Source: an uncultured Chloroflexia bacterium (GTDB lineage Bacteria; Chloroflexota; Limnocylindria; Limnocylindrales; CSP1-4). Taken from it: a DNA stretch of 64,000 bases. This document shows positions 41,912-52,629 of the stretch, piece by piece (the stretch's first letter is position 1; each line of letters begins with the position of its first letter). The stretch covers positions 6,180 to 70,179 of the forward strand of contig CAVOWV010000008.1 of the NCBI GenBank assembly GCA_963700245.1. The letters are read 5' to 3'. Position numbers and translations under genes: made by a program. The notes under the pieces are model-generated. The model did no database searches, was not told where the DNA came from, and worked only from the letters and a program-made list of their open reading frames with translations.

Positions 41912-42315
41912 ACGACACGCTGAACCTCGTCCTCTTCTCCGGCACGGCCGACAAGCTGCATGCCGCGGCAACGCTTGCCGCCGGCGCGGCGGCCATGGAC
42001 CGCCCGGTGAACATCCTGCTCCAGTACTGGGCGCTGGACGCGTTCCGCGCGGACCGGATGGACGTGAACCACGGTCTGGCCTGGGATGCGATGGCCGATG
42101 GTGCCAGCCGCCCGGTCAAGGGCACGGCAGCCATTCCGTGGCTGGAGACCTTCCGCATGGCCAAGGAGCTGGGCACGGTCTCGGTCCTCGCCTGCTCCGG
42201 ATCCCTGGACGTGCTGGGCATCGACGTGACGGCCCTGGACCCCATCGTGGACTCGTCGGGCGGGATCGCCGTCTTCCTGCTGGCCGCCGAAGACGGCCAG
42301 CTCGTCTTCATCTAG
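41908..42315 (+). CDS. DsrE/DsrF/DrsH-like (DsrE2-type) protein
   Basis: LVLFSGTADKL...AKELGTVSVLACSGSL...LVFI. Confidence 0.8.
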   Translation: MNDTLNLVLFSGTADKLHAAATLAAGAAAMDRPVNILLQYWALDAFRADRMDVNHGLAWDAMADGASRPVKGTAAIPWLETFRMAKELGTVSVLACSGSLDVLGIDVTALDPIVDSSGGIAVFLLAAEDGQLVFI

Positions 42316-42368
42316 GACCCGGTGAACGGATCAACCAGCACCAAGCACACGTTCGAGGAGTACGCATC

Positions 42369-42629
42369 ATGACCGCAACTGCAGCCGAGCTCGAGACCAT
42401 CGTCGCCGAGAAGGTGGTCGACGCCCGTGGCGCGGCCTGCCCGGGCCCGCTGCTCGAGGCCAAGAAGGGGATGCCCGGCGTCGCCGTCGGTTCCGTCATC
42501 GAGATCTGGTCGACCGACCCCGGCACCAAGTCCGACATCTCCGCCTGGTCCGGCAAGGTGGGCCACGAGTTCATGGGCGTGCTCGAGGCCGAGGGCTACG
42601 ACCGCGTCTTCGTCACCCGCCGCAAGTAG
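42369..42629 (+). CDS. tusA: TusA-family sulfur carrier
   Basis: VDARGAACPGP motif, STDPG. Confidence 0.9.
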   Translation: MTATAAELETIVAEKVVDARGAACPGPLLEAKKGMPGVAVGSVIEIWSTDPGTKSDISAWSGKVGHEFMGVLEAEGYDRVFVTRRK

Positions 42630-42710
42630 AGCGTCATCCCACATGTCGTCGCGGCGCGCCTCCACGGGCAGCGTCGCGACGGCATCCCTCCGCGCAGGAG
42701 CCATGCGTCC

Positions 42711-43155
42711 ATGACCGCACCCGTCGCGACGGAGCCACGCAGCACCCGGGGACGTCTTCGTCCCCCGGATCCTCGTGTTCTCCACCAACAACATCTCGGA
42801 TCCCGGCATCGACCTCGCGGGCAGTGCGCACATGCACTACTCGCCGGGCGTGAACGTGATCGGGCTCCCGTGCACCAGCGGCATCCGGCCGTCCTGGATC
42901 CTGCACGCGTTCGAGTCCGGGTTCGACGGCGTGTTCGTCGCATCCGACGGCGACGAGTGCGCCTACCTCCACGACTGCGCCAAGCGCTCGTCGCGGATCA
43001 TGGCCGAGGCCCAGAAGGCGATGAAGGAGCGGGGGATCGACGGCAACCGGCTGCGGATGGCGGCCATCTGCTCCGTCTGCTCGGAGCCGTTCACCAAGCA
43101 CATGACCGGGTTCGCGGGCGCCCTCGTCCCGATGGGCCCGGCGAAGGCACGGTGA
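42711..43155 (+). CDS. mvhD: MvhD-like hydrogenase iron-sulfur subunit; frameshift near 42745
   Basis: IDLAG...PCTSGI...AFESGFDGV...GIDGNRL; directly upstream of hdrA-like genes. Confidence 0.75.
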
Positions 43156-45931
43156 CCACGATGATCGACACCTGCGCCACCCGCGACGAGGCCCCGTCCG
43201 CCACCGACTACGACGTGCTCGTCGTGGGTGCCGGCATCGGCGGCATGGAGTCCGCCCTCAAGCTGGGCGACATGGGCTACAAGGTCCTGCTGGTCGAGAA
43301 GGACGCCAGCGTGGGCGGCAAGATGATCCTGCTGTCCAAGGTCTTCCCCACGCTCGACTGCGCGTCGTGCATCTCGACGCCCAAGATGGCGTCCACGATC
43401 CACCACCCCAACATCGAGGCCATGACCTACGGCCGGGTGGACCAGATCCGGACCGCCGCCGACGGGACCTTCACCGCCAAGGTGACCCAGAAGGCCCGCT
43501 TCGTCGACATCGACACCTGCACCGGCTGCCAGAAGTGCGAGACCGCGTGCACGGTCGCCGTGCCCGACCAGTTCAACGCGGACCTGGTCGCCCGCCGCGC
43601 GGCCCACATCACCTTCCCGCAGGCGGTGCCCAAGAAGGCGGTCATCGACCGCGCCGGCAGCTCGCCCTGCTCGTTTGCCTGCCCCGCGGGGATCCAGGCG
43701 CACGGGTATGTCAGCCTGATCCGCAGCGGCCTGGACGAGGAGGCCTACCGGCTGGTGCTGGACGCCACGCCGCTCGTGGGCACGCTCGGTCGCGCCTGCT
43801 ACGCGCCGTGCGAGGTCGACTGCACCCGGGGCTCGCTCGAGGGCACGCTGCCCATCCGGCGCCTCAAGCGCTTCGCCTCCGACGCGCACGACGCATCCGG
43901 AGCGGACAACGGCATCGAGCGCCCAGAGGCCAATGGGAAGCGCGTCGCGATCGTGGGCTCCGGGCCTACCGGCCTCACCGCCGCCTGGCAGCTCGCCCGC
44001 CTGGGCTACTCGGTCAAGATCTTCGAGGCGGCGCCCGTGGCGGGCGGCTTCCTGCGCCTTGGCATCCCGTCCTACCGGCTGCCCGAGGCGGTCGTGGAGC
44101 GCGACATCGAGAACCTCACCGACCTCGGCGTCGAGATCGAGACCGGGACCACGGTGACGGACCCGGCCGGCCTCAAGGACGAAGGCTTCGACGCGGTGCT
44201 CGTGGCCACGGGGACGCATCGTTCGACCAGCCTCGGCGTCCCGGGCGAGGATCGCCTGGGCGTCCTCGGCGGCACGGACTTCCTGCGCAAGGTCAAGCTC
44301 AACCACCCCATCGAGGTCGCCGGCAAGCGCGTGATCGTGGTCGGCGGCGGCAACGTCGCCATGGATGCCGCGCGGACCGCCCGACGCCTTGGCGCCGCCT
44401 CCGTGACGATCGCCTATCGCCGCTCGCGCGACGAGATGCCGGCCCATCACGTGGAGGCGGAGGACGCGGAGAAGGAGGGCGTCGCCTTCCGGCTCCTGGT
44501 CGCCCCGGCGGAGGTCCTCGGCAACGCGGAGGGCGCCGTCTCCGGGTTGCGCTGCGTCGAGATGCGCCTCGGCGCCCCGGATGCGTCGGGCCGCCGGTCC
44601 GCCGAGCCCATCCCGGGCTCCGACGTGACCATCGAGGCCGACGTCATCATCGCCGCGATCGGGATGCGCCCGGACACGGCCGCCTTCGGCGATCGCGTCG
44701 CCACCCTCAAGAACGGGCGCCTCGCCTGCGACGTGGCGACCTGCCAGACCGAGGTCCCGCACGTGTTCGCCGCCGGCGACGCGGTCCACGGGCCCACGGA
44801 CATCACCCGTGCCGTGGGGGAGGGCCGCAAGGCCGCCCACCAGGTCGATGCCTGGCTCAACGGCCGCGCCTTCGACGACTGGGACACGCGGCTTCCCGTG
44901 GTGGACAAGCAGGCCGTCCTGGCGCGCCAGAAGGCATACACCCTGTCGGCCGCGACGCCGGACGGCATGGAGCTCGTGTCGTCGCCCACGGACTTCCACG
45001 AGGTCGAGGCTCCCCTCACCGAGGCGGAGGCCCGTCGTGGCGCCGGCCGGTGCATCGACTGCGCCGTCTGCTCCGAGTGCAACGAGTGTGTCAGCGCCTG
45101 TCCCGTGGACGGGTGCATCGACCTGCGGGCCACGGACCAGGAGCGCGAGGTCAGGGTTGGGGCCGTCGTCGTGTCGACCGGCTTCAAGCTCTTCCCCGCC
45201 GACCTCAAGCCCGAGTACGGGTACGGCGTCTACAAGAACGTGATCACCGGCATGCAGATGGACCGGCTGCTCGCCCCCACGCGGCCGTTCAACACGATCC
45301 TGCGCCCGGGTGACGGCAAGGTCCCCGAGCGGATCGCCTACATCCTGTGCACGGGCTCGCGGGACGAGACCGTGAACAACCCGCTCTGCTCCCGGTTCTG
45401 CTGCATGTACTCCATCAAGCAGAACCAGCTCCTCATGGGCGCCCTGCCCCTGGCCGACATCACCGTCCACTACATGGACATCCGGGCCCCGGGCAAGCGC
45501 TACGACGAGTTCTACGAGCAGGCGAAGGCGATGGGCGCCACCTACGTGAAGGGCCGCATCTCCAACGTCGAGGAGACCCCCGACGGGCGATCTCGTGCTC
45601 ACCTACGAGGACATCGAGAACGGCGGCGCGATCACGAAGGCCGAGTACGACCTGGTGGTCCTCGCCGTGGGCGTCCAGCCCAACCGCGACGCCGAGCGCC
45701 TGTTCGACGTCGAGGAGCTGGCCACGGACACCGTGGGACTGGGTGGACGAGCCGGAGGAGGACGTGAACCCGGGCCAGACCAGCATTCCGGGCGTCTACG
45801 TGGCCGGCGCCGCGTCGGGCGCCAAGGACATCGCGGACTCCATCCTCCACGCGGGTGCCGCCGTGGCCCAGGTCGCGGCGCATCTCGAGCGGACCAAGCC
45901 GCTCCCGCAGATCGAGCTGGTGCCGGCATGA
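43152..45931 (+). CDS. hdrA: HdrA-like flavoprotein with inserted GltD/NAD(P)H-binding module (HdrL type); frameshifts near 45585 and 45735
   Basis: GAGIGG, KVFPTLDCASC, CTGCQKC, SPCSFACPAG, GRACYAPCE, GSGPTG, GGGNVAMD, CIDCAVCSECNEC, CTGSRD, CSRFCC, AKDIADS. Confidence 0.88.
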
Positions 45932-47719
45932 GCGAGCAGCAGGTCCCGGTCGACGCACGACCCATCGTGCCCGCCCCCGACGGCGAGCCCGGTGGCCGGA
46001 GGATCGGCGTCTATGTCTGCCACTGCGGCGGCAACATCACCGACTACGTCGATGTCGAGAAGGTGGTCGAGGACATCCGGGACGACGGCGACGTCGTCGT
46101 CTCGCGCACCGCGATGTTCGCCTGCTCCGACGCGACCCAGCAGGACATCGCCGCGGACATCGAGGCCAACGGGCTCGACGGCCTCGTCGTCGCGTCCTGC
46201 TCGCCCAAGCTCCACACCTACACCTTCCGCGGGGTCGCCCAGCGGGCCGGCCTGAACCCCTACGAGTACACCCAGGTCAACATCCGGGAGCAGTGCTCCT
46301 GGGTCCACACGGACGACCACGACGGCGCCACGGCGAAGGCCACGGCCCTCGTCGAAGGCCGGCATCGGGCGCACCCGCAACACCGTCCCGCTGGAGCCCA
46401 TGGTCGTGGAGACCATCCCGCACACCCTCGTCATCGGCGGGGGCATCGCGGGGCTGCGGGCGGCCATCGGCCTGGCCGACATCGGCCTCCGGGTGACGCT
46501 CGTGGAGCGCGAGCTGGAGCTGGGCGGCTGGGTCCGCCGGTTCGGCCCGATGTACCCGCACGATCGCAAGGGCTCGGACCTCATCGACCACCTGGTCGCC
46601 GAGGTCCGCAAGCGCCCCACGATCACCGTCCTCACCGGCGCCGAGCTGGTGGGCAAGTCCGGCAGCTTCGGGAACTACGGCGTCAGCCTCCGCATCGGTG
46701 GCGAAGGGGCGGGGACCATCGAGGTCGCCGTCGGCTCCATCGTCGTCGCGACCGGGTTCGACGAGTACCGGCCCGAGGACGGAGAGCTGGGCTTCGGGAT
46801 CGACGGCGTCGTGACGCTGTCGGACTTCAAGGCCCTGGTCGACGGCTCCGAGGGAGGCCGCCTGGCCTGGAAGGGTCGCCCGGTCCGCAGCCTCGCCTAC
46901 GTCTACTGCGTGGGCAGCCGCGAGACCGCCGGGTGCGCCAACCAGTACTGCTCGCGGTTCTGCTGCGCCGCCACCGTCCAGACGGCGGTGGAGGTGTCCG
47001 GCCTGGACCCGTCCATCCGCCAGTTCCACCTCTACCGCGACATGCGGACGTACGGCAAGTTCGAGCCGCTGTACACCGAGGCTCGCGACCGCGGGTCGGT
47101 GTTCCTCAAGTTCGACAACGAGGAGCCGCCGGCGGTGGCCGTCGGCCCCGATGGGCGCCTGACCGTCACCGTGCGCGACCTGCTCACGGACCGGACGGAG
47201 CTGGCGATCCCGGTGGACCTCGTGGTCCTCGTCACGGGCATGGTCCCGCGCGAGAACCAGGGCCTCGTGGACGTCCTCAAGCTCCCCGCGGGCAGCGACG
47301 GGTTCTTCAACGAGATCCACCCCAAGCTGCGCCCGGTCGAGACCGTGGTGGACGGCGTGCTGATCGCCGGCGCCTGCCAGGGTCCCAAGACGTCGGGGGA
47401 GAGCGTCATGTCCGGCCTGGCCGCCGTGACGCAGAGCGCGGCGGTCCTCAAGAAGGGCTACACCGAGCTCGACCCGCTGGTCGCGATCGTGGAGCCCGAG
47501 ACGTGCACCGCGTGCGGCGACTGCCTCACCGCCTGTCCGTACGACGCGATCTCCATGGCCGAGGAGGGCGACCGGCACTTCGCCGTCATCAGCCCGACCG
47601 GCTGCAAGGGGTGCGGCGGCTGCGTGCCGATGTGCCCGGAGAATGCGATCGACCTGCTGGGCTACACCGACGCCCAGATCACCTCGATGATCGAGAGCCT
47701 CGTGGAGGTACCCGTCTGA
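45928..47719 (+). CDS. hdrA: Second HdrA-family (QmoA/B-like) flavoprotein; frameshift near 46357
   Basis: IGVYVCHCGGNI, ASCSP, NIREQCSWVH, GGGIAG, CVGSRE, CSRFCC, GACQGPK, two C-terminal 4Fe-4S motifs. Confidence 0.88.
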
Positions 47720-47964
47720 TGTCCCTCACCAACCGGGATCCCCGCGAGGTGATCCGGGAGGAGCCGGTCATGCGTCCCCGGATCCTCGCCGCCCTGGCCA
47801 ACGGCCCCCTCACGGTTCCCCAGATCGCCGAGGCCATCGACGCCCCGACCCACGAGGTCGTGTTCTGGGTCATGGGCATGCGCCGCTACGGCTGGCTCGC
47901 CGAGATCAAGGGCAGCGACGACGACGGCTACTTCACCTACGAAGCCTCCGGGCGGGTGTCCTGA
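47719..47964 (+). CDS. Small winged-helix-like protein (81 aa)
   Basis: ILAALANGPLTVPQIAEAI...VMGMRRYG...YFTY; overlapping start/stop with both neighbours. Confidence 0.7.
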   Translation: MSLTNRDPREVIREEPVMRPRILAALANGPLTVPQIAEAIDAPTHEVVFWVMGMRRYGWLAEIKGSDDDGYFTYEASGRVS

Positions 47965-49187
47965 TGACCGCGACCACCGCTCCGGCCGGCACCACGCCCG
48001 TCGCCCCCACCGCGCTGCGCCTGGACCTGGGCCTGTACCCGGACATCCAGCGCTTCGGCGCCGCCGACATCTCCGCCTGCTTCTCGTGCGGGACCTGCTC
48101 CGCGACGTGCCCGATGTCCCAGACCGACGGCACGTTCCCGCGCCGGATCATCCGCTACGCGCAGCTGGGCATGAAGGACGCGCTCCTGGGCTCCAAGGAG
48201 CTGTGGGCGTGCTACCAGTGCGGCGAGTGCGCCGAGACCTGCCCGACGCAGGCCGACCCGTCCGAGTTCATGGCGGCGACCCGGCGCTACGCCATCGCCT
48301 CCTACGACAAGACCCACCTGGCCCGGACGATGTACACCCGCCCCGTCCTGGCGACGGTCATCGCCGTCCTCCTGGCGGTGTTCTTCGCGGCATTCATGTA
48401 CGCGGCCCGCGGGCCGATGGACGGCGAGACCCTCGCGATCTTCGAGTGGATCCCGGCCGAGCTCATCCACGACATGGGGATCGTGGTGATGATCCTCGTC
48501 GTGCTCGCGGGGGTCGTGGGCATCGCGTCGATGGCACGCGGCATCGCGAGGCGTGAGGGCGAGAGCCCGCGCTCCGTCCTGGGCTCGCGCGCGGCCCTCG
48601 CGCGGACGGGACGGGCCCTGTGGTCCGCCGTCGGGCGCGAGTCCCTCGGCCAGGTCCGCTTCCGCGAGGAGTGCGAGGCCGACGACGTCGCCATGGCCGT
48701 GCCCTGGTACCGGCGCCGCTGGCTGGTCCATGCGCTGGTCGTGTGGGGCTTCCTGGGCCTGCTCGCTGCTACCGGGCTGGACTGGGGCCTCGCGCTGCTG
48801 GGCATCAAGGAGACCGGGACGCCGGTGCCGATCTGGTACCCGGTCCGGCTCCTGGGCACCGTCGCCGGCGCCATCCTCGTCTACGGCGCCACCATCCTGA
48901 TCATCGACCGCTATCGCGCCTCCAGCCGGAGCGTGAAGACCTCGACCACGGCCGACTGGCTGCTGCTGGGGCTGCTGTGGGTCACCGCCGTCACCGGCTT
49001 CGCCATCGAGCTCGCCCTCTACCTGCCGAGCGCCCCGACCTGGGGCTACTGGGTCTTCCTGGTTCATGTCGCGGTCGCGATGGAGCTCGTGCTCCTCGCC
49101 CCGTTCATGAAGCTCGCCCACGCGGTCTACCGGCCCGTGGCCCTGTTCTTCGTCGCCCTGTCACGACAGCCAGCCAAAGGAGGTTGA
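47964..49187 (+). CDS. QmoC-like protein: HdrC-type 2x[4Fe-4S] domain plus NarI-like membrane domain
   Basis: CFSCGTCSATCP and CYQCGECAETCP; TM helices with His (VHALVVWGF, VHVAV, PFMKLAH). Confidence 0.8.
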   Translation: MTATTAPAGTTPVAPTALRLDLGLYPDIQRFGAADISACFSCGTCSATCPMSQTDGTFPRRIIRYAQLGMKDALLGSKELWACYQCGECAETCPTQADPSEFMAATRRYAIASYDKTHLARTMYTRPVLATVIAVLLAVFFAAFMYAARGPMDGETLAIFEWIPAELIHDMGIVVMILVVLAGVVGIASMARGIARREGESPRSVLGSRAALARTGRALWSAVGRESLGQVRFREECEADDVAMAVPWYRRRWLVHALVVWGFLGLLAATGLDWGLALLGIKETGTPVPIWYPVRLLGTVAGAILVYGATILIIDRYRASSRSVKTSTTADWLLLGLLWVTAVTGFAIELALYLPSAPTWGYWVFLVHVAVAMELVLLAPFMKLAHAVYRPVALFFVALSRQPAKGG

Positions 49188-49190
49188 GCC

Positions 49191-49689
49191 ATGACCACGC
49201 CGACCCTGCCGCAGGCAGCCCACCAGCACCACGAGCGCCTGCTCGAGCGCGTCAACCAGATCCCTGCAATGGCGGACGCGCTCCTCACCGAGAAGCCGGA
49301 GGAGGCGCTCAAGCACATCGCCGAGATGCGCCAATTCCTGACCGGCACGCTGCTGCCGCACATGGAGGCCGCCGAGCGCGCCCTCTATCCGCAGCTCGAG
49401 CGGATGTTCCAGAACCGCCACTCCATGGCCCCCATGCGTCGCGAGCACGACCGGATCCGGGAGCTGGTCGGCGAGTTCGGGACGCTGGTCGACAAGGATG
49501 CAGGGTCACGTGTCGCTCGGTCGCACGCTCGCCCTGCGGCGGGTGCTGTTCCAGCTGTACGCACTGCTGAAGGTCCACCTGGGCGAGGAGGAGGCCTACC
49601 TCCGCATCGTCGAGCGGGGCGTGACCGACGACGTCGCCGACGCCGTGACCGCGGCGCTGGAGCACCCCGTCGCCGGCGCTAGGGGCTAG
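49191..49689 (+). CDS. Hemerythrin-like domain protein; frameshift near 49505
   Basis: HH...HMEAAERALYP...MRREH...HLGEEE. Confidence 0.78.
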
Positions 49690-49698
49690 GATGCCCGG

Positions 49699-50221
49699 GT
49701 GACCGACGACAGCGCCTCAGCCCGGGGAGCTCGTCTCGCTGCGAGCGACGAGCGAGGCCCACCACGCGCAGCTCATGCCGCACGTGGACCGGCTGCTCAC
49801 GCTCGCCGAGATGATCGGCCGCGTCGAGTGCGCGGCCCTCCACGCCCTGTACAACGAGGAGTACCGGTTCGTCGCGGCGCAGCTCATCCCGCACATCGAC
49901 ACGGTCGAAGCCGTCCTCTACGAGCGGCTCGAGGTGCTGATGGGGCCCCGCCACACCATGGCCCCGATGCGCGAGGAGCACGCGACGGTACGGACCCTCG
50001 TCGCGGAGCTGGGCACGTACCAGGTCCACGAGGACCACTGCACCTGGAACGAGATGGAGGGCCTCGCCCTGCGCCGGGCCCTCTACCGCCTCCACGCGCT
50101 GCTCAAGGTGCACCTGGCCGAGGAGGAGCAGTACCTCGCCGTGCTGGACCGCAGCCTCACCGCCGCGGAGAAGGATGTGCTGGCGAGGCACCTGGAGCAC
50201 GCGACGGCGGGAGAAGGGTAG
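49699..50221 (+). CDS. Second hemerythrin-like domain protein; frameshifts near the 5' end
   Basis: HIDTVEAVLY...MREEH...HLAEEE; clear paralog of the preceding gene. Confidence 0.75.
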
Positions 50222-50228
50222 GCGTCGC

Positions 50229-50522
50229 ATGGCCCGCTACCGTGTCCTCGCCTGGCGGGACATCCCCACCCAGGTCCAGGCGGCCGATGAGACCGGCGGG
50301 ACGGTCAACCGGAAGATGGCCCGCTGGTTCATGCAGGAGATCAGCCGGATCACGATGCGCGAGGGACTCGCGGGGACGGACGACTACCTCGAGGCGTTCG
50401 CCTGGTCGGAGTGGACCGAGCGGGACGGTGGCGCCGAGGAGGTCGCGGACGCCGTGGTCGAGGAGCTCTCGGCCCGGTTCGGGCGGCGCCCCGACGGGCA
50501 CACGATGCGGGAGATCGGCTAG
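50229..50522 (+). CDS. Small 'virulence factor' (Cvf-like) domain protein
   Basis: WRDIPTQV...GTDDYLE motifs. Confidence 0.65.
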   Translation: MARYRVLAWRDIPTQVQAADETGGTVNRKMARWFMQEISRITMREGLAGTDDYLEAFAWSEWTERDGGAEEVADAVVEELSARFGRRPDGHTMREIG

Positions 50523-50833
50523 CGGAGCAGGGTCAGCGCCATCACCAGCGGCGTCGTGGCGCGGATGGCGTGACGCATTCCCGGCGGCATCGAGATCCAC
50601 GCTCCGGGACCGGCCTCGCGGGCTTCGCCATCAAGGGTGACCAGCGCCTCGCCCTCCAGGATCTCGATCAGCGCCGCGTGGGCCGAGGTGTGCTCGGTCA
50701 GCTCCTGGCCCGCATCGAACGCGAACACCACGAGCGTGCACCGCTCGTCCTCGTGGATCGTCCGGCTCAGGATCCCGCCCTCGGGCACCGTCACCTCCGC
50801 CCGCAGGTCCGCGACGAAGCCGTAGCCGATCAT
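50519..50833 (-). CDS. Cupin-domain protein
   Basis: FAFDAGQELTEH...MPPGMRHAI; AAGGAG RBS. Confidence 0.85.
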   Translation of the reverse strand: MIGYGFVADLRAEVTVPEGGILSRTIHEDERCTLVVFAFDAGQELTEHTSAHAALIEILEGEALVTLDGEAREAGPGAWISMPPGMRHAIRATTPLVMALTLLR

Positions 50834-51036
50834 CGATGGCTCCTTATCGGTGCCCCAACTCGCTGGGGTGCGCCGGGGACCGCTGTTGCACGACTACCCC
50901 ACGCGACTTGCGCGAGTAGGCGACAATGGCCCCCGTTTGGGAGGGGTGGACGTATCACCCACAATAGACGACGCATCCGCCAGCGGGCGCCCTGTGCCCG
51001 GGATGCAGCCACCTAGGCACGACAAGAGGTACGCGA

Positions 51037-51405
51037 ATGTTCAACGGCAACTTCCTCGACTTCTTCTTCACGATGATGATCATCTTCCTGTGGGTGATCG
51101 CCATCATGATCTGGGTCCAGTGCTTCATGGACCTGTTCCGGCGCGACGACATCGGCGGCGGCAAGAAGGTCCTGTGGATGATCTTCCTGTTCTTCATCCC
51201 GTGGATCACGGTGCTGGCCTACATGCTCATGCGGCCCAAGGTCACGGCCCAGGACGTGCAGACGCTGGCCCGCGCCGACGCTGCCAATCAGGCCGTCAGC
51301 CAGGTCTCCACGGCCGACGAGCTCGCGAAGCTCGCCGCGCTCAAGGACGCCGGCACCATCAACGAGCAGCAGTACGAGGACCTCAAGGCCAAGCTCCTGG
51401 CCTGA
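51037..51405 (+). CDS. Membrane protein with PLDc_N-like N-terminus and SHOCT domain
   Basis: DLFRRDDI..KVLW; ADELAKLAALKDAGTINEQQYEDLKAKLL. Confidence 0.85.
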   Translation: MFNGNFLDFFFTMMIIFLWVIAIMIWVQCFMDLFRRDDIGGGKKVLWMIFLFFIPWITVLAYMLMRPKVTAQDVQTLARADAANQAVSQVSTADELAKLAALKDAGTINEQQYEDLKAKLLA

Positions 51406-51427
51406 TCGTCCGCCAGACGCGAACACG

Positions 51428-51468
51428 GAAGCCGGTCCTCCCCAGCGGGAGGGCCGGCTTCTTCGTTT
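51428..51468 (+). terminator. Intrinsic terminator
   Basis: GAAGCCGGTCCTCCC-CAGC-GGGAGGGCCGGCTTC stem followed by TTCGTTT. Confidence 0.8.
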
Positions 51469-51495
51469 GTGCCGTGTCTGTGGTCCCCGGGTCCC

Positions 51496-52398
51496 TCAGG
51501 CTTGCCGGCCGGGCAGCCGTCCCTCCGCCGCGGCGACCAGCTGGGCCAGGTGCGACGCCTCGTGACGCGCGAAGTACGCCGCCTGTGAGAGCACCGTGAC
51601 CCGGCCCCACTCGGGATGGGTCCCGCCGCGCCCCCAGGATGATTCCGGCAGGCTCGCCAGCCGCCCCACCGTCGCGTGCCGCAGCTCGGCGATCCGGGCG
51701 GCGATGACCGAGGCCGGCTCGCCCGTCTCGGCCGTGCCCTCGTCCGACGCGGGCGTGTCCGCCCAGACCGCGGCGGCCGCGAGGTCCGGCTCCTCCTCGT
51801 CCAGCAGGCGGCCGATGCGCCTCGCGAGCAGCTCCTCGCAGAACAGCAGGTGCTCCAGGGCCTGGCGGGCAGACCACTCCCCGGGCGCGGGCGGTCGGGC
51901 GAGCGCCTCGTCGGTGCGGCCCTCCAGCGCACGCTCAAGGTGACGCGGGCCACCCACGAGTGCCCCGAGGATCGCGCCCCGGTCGGCAGGGCCCAGGTAC
52001 CAGACCGGGAGCTCCTCGTGGAACGAGAGCGCAGGCGCCTCGCAGGTCGGGCAGGTCGCCGGGACCTCGTCGCCGAGGAAGGTCTCACCGCACACGCGGC
52101 ACACGTGGACCCGCGGAGCATCGCGCAGCGGGATCGTGTGGCCCGCGCGGATGGCATCCGGAAGTGGGCGCAGGAGGGGCTCCACGCCCGGCGCGAGCTC
52201 GTCCCCGAGGTCCGACACCAGCGAGGCGAGCGCATCGGCGGCTGCCGTACCGCCCGACGGGCCCTCCTGCTCCGCGTAGCGCACGAGCTCCCGCTGCAGG
52301 GCCGCCCTCAGCAGCTTCGCGGCGTTGTAGGCGCCCTCGCGCTCCAGGCCGCGAGCCACCGCCGCGTAGCGCCCGATCCGCTCCAGCCGTGCGTCCAT
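51496..52398 (-). CDS. DinB-family protein with rubredoxin-like CxxC...CxxC module
   Basis: HVCRVCG...CPTC; GEWSARQALEHL...HEASHLAQL. Confidence 0.8.
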   Translation of the reverse strand: MDARLERIGRYAAVARGLEREGAYNAAKLLRAALQRELVRYAEQEGPSGGTAAADALASLVSDLGDELAPGVEPLLRPLPDAIRAGHTIPLRDAPRVHVCRVCGETFLGDEVPATCPTCEAPALSFHEELPVWYLGPADRGAILGALVGGPRHLERALEGRTDEALARPPAPGEWSARQALEHLLFCEELLARRIGRLLDEEEPDLAAAAVWADTPASDEGTAETGEPASVIAARIAELRHATVGRLASLPESSWGRGGTHPEWGRVTVLSQAAYFARHEASHLAQLVAAAEGRLPGRQA

Positions 52399-52629
52399 GC
52401 CGGTGCCTCCCGCCTGCGTTGACTGTCATCCGCGTCCAGGGCGATTCTGACGCCGCTCAGGCTGCTCCACAAGGGCGACCATCTCCACGAGGGCGACCAT
52501 CTCCACAGGTGCGCCCATGGTCTTCGGGCCGAATGGCGCCCCGGGTCGGGCGAGTGGACCCCTGCCGCAGCGATCAGGTCGCGCGATCTTGGATGCTCCG
52601 CCCAACCACCCTTCCGCAGCACGGTGCAT

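Noticed and set aside
42711-47719. Selenocysteine recoding in MvhD/HdrA
   Set aside because: No in-frame TGA at Cys positions was seen; the breaks are frame changes
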